64,000 nucleotides of DNA. Source: Eledone cirrhosa (taxonomy: Eukaryota). The stretch lies in contig OZ024744.1 in the NCBI GenBank assembly GCA_964016885.1, positions 57,164,001-57,228,000 of the forward strand, in the 5' to 3' direction. The notes beneath the pieces were generated by a model, which saw only the letters and a list, made by a program, of their open reading frames with translations, ran no database searches and was not told the origin of the DNA. Positions 53,806 through 64,000 of the stretch are shown piece by piece (the stretch's first letter is position 1; each line of letters starts with the position of its first letter). The position numbers and the translations under genes were made by a program.

Positions 53806-54092
53806 TAATCTGTTATTTTAATAAATATTTGCTCTATGGTTTTATATATTTTGATATATATAATATCCTTATCGAGCCCTCTTCGAATTTTAGTTTTCAC
53901 ATTTATTATTATTACTATATATATATATATACATTATATATATATAAATGAAAAAAAAAAATATATATATTATTTCACGTTGCTCCTTCTACCTGGAGTT
54001 GTGACCGATAGATAGTATTAGCAATTGGAAAGACCAACGGAAACATTGTTTCCTCGGTCCGATTTGACGAAAGTCGATCGACAAAATAAATA

Positions 54093-54540
54093 CATCATCA
54101 CTGTTTAACCTCCATTTTCCATGCTAGCATGGGTTAGACAATTTGTCCCATAGTGAGACAAGCCAGATCAGACGACCATGTCTGGATGTCCTTCTTAACG
54201 CCAACCACATTTACAGTGCATACTGGGTGATTTTTATTGTGGCACCTAAATTACCATTTTACAGTGTGGGCTGAGTGCTTTTTGTTGTGAAACCTATACA
54301 AGCACTTTACAATGTGAGCTGTGGACTGGGCTGGAAGAGGGGCATGGGGATTGAGGAGGTAAATCGAGGGTGGAGGAGGGGACATATCTGGTGAAGAGTG
54401 GGGTGTTAATGCTAGAGATTTTGATCCCGTGTCGTTACCTTTGAGAGGTGCAATTGTATACAGTCAGTTTTTATCACCTCATCCCAAGTCTTCTTAGGTC
54501 TTCCTATTCCATATCTTCCATCAACTTTGGTCATTGGTTG
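54093..54540 (-). mobile_element. RTE LINE ORF end plus 3' UTR
   Basis: KVDGRYGIGRPKKTWDEVIK; tail cccatgctagcatggaaaatgg. Confidence 0.8.
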
Positions 54541-54834
54541 CTATAAATAATAGCTTACATAATCTGGTAAAATACCCCTATTGACGGAAAAAGGTGGCCA
54601 GTTGTTGAAGCTCAGAGAGGAGATGACGGAGGAGTGCAATGTGTGGAGAGATTCTTTGTTGGAAAAGAACCACCCAACCCATGCAAAGATGGAAAAACAA
54701 ACAGATGTAAAAGGATGAGGATAACGATTATGTATGTATGTATGTATGTATGTATGTATGTATGTATGTATGTATGTATGTATGTATGTATGTATGTATG
54801 TATGTATGTATGTGTATGTATGTATGTATGTATG

Positions 54835-56870
54835 TTTTCTCTTTCTCTTAATTTCGAGTATATTTTTTTGACCGGCCACCTTCCTGGTGGCAAGGTTGTA
54901 AAAGAAAAGAAATTGTCATCCCTTGAATCGCAAGAATGTTTTGCAAATTTTGAAGGTGCCAGCTATCGCAGCCATTTGTAGACTATGAATTAGGGAGCTG
55001 CGCTTTTTGTCCGCAAATCCAAGTTCAGTCATACTTTGGTCCAAGCGGGTTGGTATATAACCCGTAGCACCAATAATGATGGGTGTGAAGCTAAAGGTGT
55101 ATCTTGGATACTGGATTTGTAAACTCCTCATCAATGGTCCGTAGATGTCCTCCTTCTTCTGTATTTTTCTGACAACGTTTACATCAAGTGGGCAGCTGAT
55201 CTCCACAACAGAACACGTTTTCAATGTGTGGTCCCAAACTACAATATCAGGCCGGTTGTGCTTTAATTTGGTGGCAGTTTTTATTTTCAGGTTCCACCAG
55301 TATTCCTTAGTGCCATCTGTCTCAATATATTCTTCCTCGTTTGTTGTTAATTTTGTTTTCCGAAGTGCGTTCCAGATGGTTCTAGCTATTCCATCGTGTC
55401 TCATGGGGAGGTAGTAGTGAGATGACATTCTTTCGCAGCTGGCAACAATGTGGCTTACATCCTCTATCTTTGTTTTACATAGCCTACATTTATTGTCAGC
55501 TGCTGGCCCTCCTCTTTTGTGCAGCAGATATTTGGTAGGGAGTTCTTGTTCCTGTATTGCATAGAGATATCCCTCAAGGTGTGATGTCATAAACTTGTCG
55601 GAACTCCATGCCAGGCTTTTTGAGTGGTTTATCCCCTCTATGGTCTGTGTTTTCCGCCTCAAGTATCCATGCACAACTTTTTCTGTAAATTGGTCAATCT
55701 TTTTTCTTGTTTGAACATTGAATAGGATCTTCCGATTTCTCTGGGTGAGAGATTTATATCAGGCTTTATTCCATATCTCTCCTCCAGATCAGTCGCTATT
55801 CTAATGATATTTCTTTTTTCATGCTCATAAACCTGGGCAAGATGGTTGCCAAACTTTTTTCTCTGTTGAAGGTGTTGCTTCAGTGTTACTATCCGGGTCT
55901 CATATGTTGTTAATATTGATTTTAGACCCCGGCCACCTTCCTTGCGTGAGAAGTATAGCCTATCCACATCACCATTGATGTTAAAGTTCCCAGTAACACT
56001 GAGAAGTTTTCGAGTTCTAACATCCATCTCACTTAGTTCTTGCAATGACCAGTTCAGTAGGCCAAATGTTGGCGTTAGAATTGGCACAGCATAAGTATTG
56101 TGGGCAATGTATTTGTTGTATGCTGACAGTTCTGATGACCATATTTTCTTTACTCTTCTGAGGTATTCAGTTCTGGTTCTCTCCTTATTTATGGGTCCAT
56201 CATATCTGACATTCTCATCCTGTCCAAGATATCTGTAGTTGTCACCTGACTGCAGAGGTTGTATTCTCAGGCCGTTCATCTCTAGATTTCCAGAGGAGGG
56301 CACAGCTCTTCCACGTTTTACTGCCAAATATGCACACTTGGACTCACCAAATTTCATTTTGATGTCGGTTGAAAATTGTGTAATGAGGTCCAATTGTTTC
56401 TTGATGTCATTGATATTTGGCCCATACAACTTCAGGTCATCAACAAAGAAAAGATGGGAGATACTTCTGGACCCACTTCTTTGTCCACCTTGTTTCCTGA
56501 GTAGGTAAGATAGTGGATTCAGTGAGAGAACGAAGAGTAGCACTGACAAGCTATCACCCTGAAAGATGCCCTTCTGGTAATGTATCTTATTAGTCTTAAC
56601 CTGCTCCTTCTCACCTCTAATGATCAAATTGGTGTACAAGTTCTTGGTCAGGCCTTCAACAGCAGCTACCAATGGTTGTGGGACTTTAGCCAACTGTAAA
56701 GCCTTAATAATCCACCCATGAGGTACACTATCAAATGCTTTTTGATAGTCCAGCCACACGACAGTCATGTTTCTGCGATTCTTTGTTGTTTTTTCCTGAA
56801 TCATTTTGTTAGTTAGTAGGTGATCTATGCAACCCCACACCTCCCTCTTTCCACCAGCTTGCTCAGGTGT
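54835..56870 (-). mobile_element. R4/RLE LINE family B, 5'-truncated (RT + CCHC + RLE), one frameshift
   Basis: ORF 55659-56840 (WLDYQKAFDSVPH, GIFQGDSLS, FFVDDLK, YLG); ORF 54916-55674 (CRLC..H..C, RHD, RPDIV); (TATG)n on both sides. Confidence 0.95.
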
Positions 56871-56943
56871 TATGTATGTATGTATGTATGTATGTATGTA
56901 TGTATGTATGTATGTATGTATGTATGTATGTATGTATGTATGT

Positions 56944-59129
56944 TTCTTCTGGTTTTATAATTTCACAAAGTTTTACCAATAGAGAGAGAGTCGGTTTTTA
57001 ACATAGACACAAGACTCTCTCATTGGAATTTACACAACATCAACTAGGTAGATTATGTATCTATGCATGCATGTGTAGATATGGATGTTATTGTATGTGT
57101 GGATGTGGTTGTTTTGAGTTGTATGTGTGCATGTGTATCTGTATATGTGTATATGTGTATATGTGTATATGCAGTTATTAGATGCAACATTTTTGGAATG
57201 TTTTAAATATTTTTACTGTTCCATTAATGGATTGTACTTGTAATTTCCTAACTAGTCGTGTTCTTTCTGTTCCTGTGAAGCCTAGCTTCTCAAGATTTGT
57301 ATTGAGGCAGTTACTAACATACCCCAGTGCCCCAATAATCACAGGCATAAATCTGAAGGTGTAATCAGGGTGGAGTATCTGCAGATTTCTCATCAGTGCT
57401 GCATAAATATTCTCCTTTTCGCTAATCTTTGATATTATATTGGCATCTGCTGGGCAGCTAATTTCCACTACTGTGCATGCTTTCTTCTCCCTGTCTCATC
57501 ATAATAGCTGGTCTGTTATGCCTGCATTTTATTGGGGTTTTTACTGGAACATTCCACCAGTACTCTTTCATATTATGTACATGGATGTCTTCCACATTGC
57601 TGTAGCTTTTAATGTGTTTATTATCGGGGCTATCTTTTTTACGAACTGCATTGTACAGTGTTTTGGCCACTACATCATGCCTCATAGGTAGATAGTACCG
57701 CGATGACATCTTTGGACAGCTGCTGATGACATGGGTGATATCCTCGATGTTAGTTCTGCAGAGTCTGCACTTGTTATCACATCTAGGTGTTTTGCCTGCA
57801 TCCCTATCTCTTTTGTGAATCAGGTATTTCGTGCTAACCTCCCGTTCCTGGATTGCAAAAGCGTATCCTTCAAAGTGGGAGCCAATATAGCGGTTGTTGG
57901 TCCAAGATAGACTACTTTCTATACTACTCTCACTCTGGAGCTTCCTGGTAACATATCCATGCATGATTTTTTTGCTGATAAGCATGCAGTTTTTCATCCA
58001 TGGATTCACTGCGGTACTGCTGGGCAACTGCCCTGGGTGTGAGTTTTTGATTATCACACAGGCAATATCTCTTGAGGAGTTCCTTCCCAACTCTCATGAT
58101 CTTATCTGTTTCATGCAGATAGACTTGCTCAAGAAACGGGCTCCTACGCTTCAAGGTTCGTAGATGTTGTCGGAGAGATATGATGCGACATTCAAATGTT
58201 GTCTGGACTGATGTTAGGCCTCTGCCTCTCTGCTTACGTTTCAAGTAAAGGCGGTCTATGTCACTGTTGATGTGGAAGTTTCCGGTGTTGTTCAGTATTT
58301 TTCGAGTTCCAATATCAACTGCTCGGATTTCGTCTATCGTCCAATTGAGTATTCCAAACGTTGGTGTTAGGACAGGCACAGAAAACACATTGTGAGCCAC
58401 TATTTTGTTTTGCGCAGAGAGTTCCGATGACCAGATCTTTCTTAATCGGGTGTAGTATTCCTTGGTTACGCATTCTTTATTACAGATACCATTATAGGAT
58501 ATGTTCTCATCTATCCCCAGGTATCTTTAGCAGTCCTCATCAGATATCGGTGAAACAGTTAGGCCATTGATGACAATGTTGCTAGATTGGGTTGTTGTTT
58601 TTCCCCGCTTTACACTCATGTATGACCATTTATCTTGGCCAAACTCCATTCCTATATCGTTTGAGAACGTTGTAACCAGGTCAAGATTTTTCTTCATCCC
58701 ATCCATGTTCTTGGCATAGAGTTTCATATCGTCCACAAAGAAATTATGGGTTAGGTTCGTATTTCTGTCCTCCTGTGAGCCAATGATGTATCCCTCACAT
58801 TACTTGAGCAGAAAGGGCAAGGTGTTTAATGACAAGATGAATAATATCACAGAGAGACTGTCCCCCTGAAATATACCCCTGCGATATTTTATTTTATCAG
58901 TGAAAATAGAGTCCTCCCTCTCTGTCTTTAACCTTAGGATAGTGGCCCAAGAAGAAGACAGCCTCTCTATGGCTCTGACAATAATGTCTGGGACTTTAGC
59001 AAGTTGGAGGGCCTCTATCATCCAAGAGTGGGGAACAGAATCAAAAGCTTTCCTGTAGTCCAGCCAGACTGTAGCTATATTCCTCCTAAGTTGTCGCACC
59101 TCCGACATCGCAGTTTTGTTGATTAGGAG
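56944..59129 (-). mobile_element. R4/RLE LINE family A, 5'-truncated, frameshifted
   Basis: WLDYRKAFDSVPH, GIFQGDSLS, VDDMKLY, RLE motifs; (TATG)n on both sides. Confidence 0.95.
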
Positions 59130-59183
59130 TATGTATGTATGTGTGTGTGTGCATGTATGTATGTATGTATGTATGCATGTATG

Positions 59184-59820
59184 TTCTTCTCATTTTATAA
59201 TTTCACAAATTTTTACCAATAGAGAGAGAGTCAGTTTCTAACATAGTTACAAGACTCTCTCCTTTGAATTTACACAACATCAACTAGGTAGATATGTATG
59301 CATGTCTACATGTCTGCATGTGTAGATATGGATGTTATTGTATGTGTGTATGTGTATGTTTTGAGTTGTATGTGTGCATGTGTATATGCTTTATATCTGT
59401 ACATGTCTATATGCAGTTATTAGATGCAGAATTTTTGGAATGTCTTACATATTTTTACTGTTCCATTAATGGACTGTACTTGTAATTTCCTAACTAGTTG
59501 TGTTCTTTCTGTTCCTGTGAAGCCTAGCTTCTCAAGATTTGTATTGAGGCAGTTACTAACATACCCCAGTGCCCCAATAATCACAGGCATAAATCTGAAG
59601 GTATAGTCAGGGTGGAGTATCTGTAGATTTCTCGTCAGTTCTGCATAGATATTCTACTTTTCGCTAATCTTTGATATTATATTGGCATCCGCTGGGAAGC
59701 TAACTTCCACTACTGTGCATGCCTTCTTTTCCCCGTCCCATATCATTAGATCTGGTCTGTTATACCTGTATTTAATGGGGTTTTTACTGGAACATTCCAC
59801 CAGTACTCTTTCATATTATG
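59184..59820 (-). mobile_element. R4/RLE LINE family A, short 3' fragment
   Basis: Colinear with 56944-57575; TATG flanks. Confidence 0.92.
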
Positions 59821-59852
59821 TATGTATGTATATATGTATATATGTATGTATT

Positions 59853-60510
59853 TATACTCTGTCGAAACCTGGACGTTATTCCGCAAACAAACCAAATTTC
59901 TTGAGCGTTTTCAGCAAAAATGTTTAAGGTATATATTCAACATCAAATGGCAAAACAGAACTCCTGACATCAATGTCCTTATCAAAGTAGAATGTCCCAG
60001 CATTGAGTCTCTAGTAACATCTCAAATGTGCTGGACAGGACATATCATTCTCATGAAAGAAAGCAGGATCCCGAAGCAATTGTTTTACGGTGAGCTCCAT
60101 CTTGGAAAAAGGCCTCAACACAAACCGAGAATGAGGTTTAGGGACAGCATCAAGAACAACTTCAAAGAGCTGCCATTTGATATAGACGACTGGGATGAAA
60201 TAGCTCTAAATAGGGCTGAGTGGAGAAAGTACATAAAGGGCAATTGCAAAACTTTTGGGGAATGCCGTCTAGCTCCAGAAGGGTTATGCTCACAGTCTTG
60301 ATGAAGTCATCAGTAGTTGGACATGAAAATTCTGTCAACGTGTACTCCACTCTCAAAGTCTGGTTATATTAATCACCTGAAGTCACATGAAAGGATAACC
60401 ACCTGCAACACCACTCAACAAAGACGTGGTGCAACAACGTGTGTGATATGCAACAAAGTGTGTAGAACTAGTACTGGACTAAAAAGACACATGGTGGTAC
60501 ATAAAGATTG
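59853..60510 (+). mobile_element. RTE LINE C-terminal fragment with C2H2 fingers
   Basis: ETWTL..LERFQQKCLR..WTGH..RIPKQLFYGEL; CVICNKVCRTSTGLKRHMVVH. Confidence 0.88.
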
Positions 60511-60544
60511 TGCATGTATGTATGTATGTATGTATATATGTATG

Positions 60545-62247
60545 TGAAACAGGGGGATATTCCAGCACCGACCCTGTTTGCCATATACTTTGCAATGGTT
60601 TCTGTATTGCATTCAGGAATTACGAGCATGGTGTTTACATCCGATATCGAACCTCAGGCAGCATATTTAACATCAGGCGCTTTGCTGCGAAGACAAAAGT
60701 ATTTATATTTACATCAATCATAAGAGACCTCTTGTATGCAGATGATTGCGATCTTGTAGCGCACACAGAGAGTGATATGCAGCACATTTTGAATGCATTT
60801 TCTGACGCTTGCACTGCCCTAGGTCTGACTGTCAGTCTCAAGAAAACCGTCGTCATGTACCAACCTGCCCCTGGTAAGCAGTACACTGAACCAAACATCT
60901 ATGTGTATGGCAAACGACTTGGAGTGGTTGATCAGTTTGTCTACCTGGGAAGCACTGTCAATCGATACAGCAACCTTGACAGTGAAATCTCACTTAGGAT
61001 TAGGAAAGCAAGTGATGCTTTCAGAAAGCTAGAAAGGCGACTCTGGGGTCGGCGAGACATATGCAGGAGGACAAAGGTAAAGGTGTACAGGCCATGTGTG
61101 CTCTCTTGTCTTCTTTATGCCTGCGAGACCTGGGTCACATATCGACACCACCTTAAGCAATTGGAGCGTTTCCATCAGATGTGTCTCAGACGGATCCATG
61201 GCGTTCACTGGAGGGACCACATCAGTGATGTCGAGATTTTGGAAAGCTCTATGTGTGACAGTATAGAAGCTCTTGTGCTTAAGTAACGACTCCGTTGGAG
61301 TGGTCACCTTGCCAGGATGAAGGATTCTAGAATACCTAGACAACTCTTTTATGGAGAGTTGGTTAAAGGAAAACGACCTCCACATAAACCAAAAAAGAGG
61401 TATAAGGATTCTTTGAAAGCCTCTCTGAAAGACGCTAACATCTCTGCTGATACATGGGAGAATATTGCTGCTGATCGTAATAAATGGAGAAAGACTGTAT
61501 ATGAGGGAAAAGTTGCCTTTGAGGCATCTCGAATCGCATACGAGAAAGTAAAGCGGGATGTGAGGAAGGCATTGCTGTTGCACTTCCAGACGGCGAGAGT
61601 CCTCCTATGGTGCTGACATGCAGCGTCTGTGCGAGACTCTGCCTAAGCAAAGCTGGACTCGAAAGTCATCTTCGCAGTCATAAAGTAAGACCAGTGGTTG
61701 ACTACCAGGCTGCTGTTGGAGATGCTACTCATCATGCTTGCCAAACATGTGGTAGAGAATGTAAATCAGCAGGAGGGCTCAAGCGACATGCAAAAGTACA
61801 CGAACTTCAACCACAGCCGGCTATTCCCAGTGAATGTTTTGGTTGCCGACTCTGTGCAAGACATTTTAGATCATTGGCTGGGCTAAACAGCCACATTCGA
61901 TCGCAGTGCTGTTAGTTGCTATCGTGTGTGTGTAGATATGCTTATGTGTGTGCGTGTGTGTGTATATATATATGTATATGTATATTATTATTGTTGTTGT
62001 CGTTATTATTATTGTTGTTATTATTATTATTATTATTATTGTTATGAATGTATGTGTGTATATGTGTGTGTGAGTGTGTGTGTGTGTGTGTATATATATG
62101 TGTATGTATGTATATATATATATATATCTTTTTTTTTTAATTTTTATTTTCTTTTTATTTATTTATTATTATTATTATTATTATTTTTTTTTTTTCTTCT
62201 CGTGCAATGGCCATACTCGATAACGAGGGGGCAGCCATCATCATCAT
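60545..62247 (+). mobile_element. RTE LINE (RT to 3' tail) with three C-terminal C2H2-type zinc fingers
   Basis: VKQGDIPAPTLF; LLYADD; FVYLGS; ORF 61607-61915 with three C-x2-C-x12-H fingers; tail at 62205-62247. Confidence 0.9.
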
Positions 62248-62276
62248 GTATGTATGTATGTATGTATGTATGTATG

Positions 62277-62309
<33 letters not shown>

Positions 62310-62327
62310 TTTTAGTAAATATCATCT

Positions 62328-62606
62328 TGGTTAAGAGAGTGGGACTGGCTTTGTGCAGTGCCTTTGCTCACTATAAAAGCTTCACGGCACAGGCATTGCT
62401 TTATATCTGGAGATCTCTCTGCACTTGTCGTCACATGGTACCATGGGCCCAGCACTGTGTCAATATTTGTCACAAGTGTAGTGTTTGTACCAGAGTTTTC
62501 AAGTCGCTGGCTGGACTAAAAAGTCACTCGTTCAGCGCATCGGTAGGGGTTCTCCTATATGGATATAAAGTAGTGGCCGTACTCGAAAACGAGTTGGCAG
62601 CCACCA
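62328..62606 (+). mobile_element. Internally deleted RTE derivative (UTR piece, last zinc finger, tail)
   Basis: CSVCTRVFKSLAGLKSH; tail gtggccgtactcgaaaacgagttggcagccacc; TATG flanks. Confidence 0.7.
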
Positions 62607-62822
62607 TGTATGTATGTATGTATGTATGTATGTATGTATGTATGTATGTATGTATGTATGTATGTATGTATGTATGTATGTGTATTTGTATATATATGTA
62701 TGTATCTGTGTGTATGTACGTATGTACGTATGTATGTAAGTACATATGTATGTATGCATGTATTTTATGTATGATTGTATGTGTGTATGCACGTACGTAT
62801 GTATGTATCCATGTGTGTGTGT

Positions 62823-62884
<62 letters not shown>

Positions 62885-62889
<5 letters not shown>

Positions 62890-63000
62890 GTCCTATACGA
62901 GCAAGACAACCAATCTTGCCTCAAGTGGGAAAATTCCCGTCCGAACCCATGCTAGCGTGGAAGATGGACGTTAAAAAATGATGATGATGATGATGATGAT
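62885..63000 (+). mobile_element. RTE 3' tail plus (GAT)n
   Basis: cccatgctagcgtggaagatggacgttaaa. Confidence 0.75.
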
Positions 63001-63351
63001 ATACAAAAACACAAACCCCACAAACACACCCAGACAACATACACACATATATTATGACAATTAAGGGAGGGAATATTTTCAATATTTGTCAAAATAAAGT
63101 ATGTTTACAAATGGGTATTGTGTTAACAAAAGGCAGAAATACTTGAGATAAAGCTTTTAAGAATGCAACCACAAATGGATGTTTATCTCTATATCTGCTG
63201 ACATTGAACAGATTATGGTGGTCAGTGAGAAACTTATAATACAGACACATTTGTTGTGACATTGCACTTCAATATTATTAACTAGCAATAAGAAAAACAT
63301 ATGCAACAGCATTGACAATCTTGCATAGTGTTTATAGTTTTACCCTTCGCT

Positions 63352-63830
63352 CATTCACACATGCACACATATGCATGCACACACAGACACACACACACAC
63401 ACATGCACACACACACACATATATATATATGCACACACACATACACATGTACAGATATACACATACACACACACACACATATGCACACACACACATACAT
63501 ACATACATACAGACATACAGACACTCTCATACGTGCACACACACACATATGCACACACAGGCACACACACACGTATGCATACACACACATACACACATGT
63601 ACATACACATACACACACATAGATATGCACACACACGTGTGTGGGCACACACATACACACGTACAGACATACACATACACATACACATACACACACTCAT
63701 GCATGCAAACACACATATGCACACACACACATGCATAAACACGCATACATATACACACATACACACACACATACATACATACAGACACACATACTCATAC
63801 GTACACAGACATACACATACACACACATCC
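63352..63830. repeat. Degenerate (CA)n/(CATA)n microsatellite
   Basis: Read directly. Confidence 0.9.
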
Positions 63831-63839
63831 ATTACACAT

Positions 63840-64000
63840 CTCCATCGGTTCCAACGAGTGTTCCAGTAGTTTGAATCAACTGAATAAGTAGGTGAGCATT
63901 CCACAGATGCATGTATCCTTGATGTAGTTCTCAGGGAGATTCAGCATGATACAGTGTGTGATTGAAGTCCTTTGAATTACTGGTACAGTTCATTTTTTTT
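63840..64000 (-). mobile_element. SINE family 2, 3' part (runs off the window)
   Basis: Reverse complement of ~35740-35925. Confidence 0.75.

Noticed and set aside
56820-59129. Families A and B both 5'-truncated near the same RT position
   Set aside because: Only two cases; other copies truncate elsewhere, so coincidence is sufficient

Overview
Eukaryotic, AT-rich, repeat-dominated DNA with no host protein-coding gene that I can support. The mix of (CATA)n/(TA)n/(CA)n/(GAT)n microsatellites, tRNA-headed SINEs and RTE/R4 LINEs looks like an octopod cephalopod; this is inference. Contents: a ~17-kb 56-bp satellite (~305 copies) with higher-order block duplications, decayed LINEs of R4/Dong-like (RLE), RTE and Tx1/L1-like type, two non-autonomous Helitrons, hAT and piggyBac-like MITEs, many SINEs, and a 200-N gap. 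The main hidden signal, found by manual folding, is a set of type I hammerhead ribozymes (HHRs): nine with all three stems and two partial, from several unrelated sequence families. All lie in short non-coding elements docked on (TA)n tracts, often as fold-back palindromes. One element has two HHRs in direct repeats 537 nt apart, which is retrozyme architecture. A second signal is apparent partitioning of microsatellite targets: RLE LINEs and C2H2-tailed RTE LINEs stack in (CATA)n/(TATG)n in opposite orientations. Most long ORFs in the track are microsatellite artefacts.
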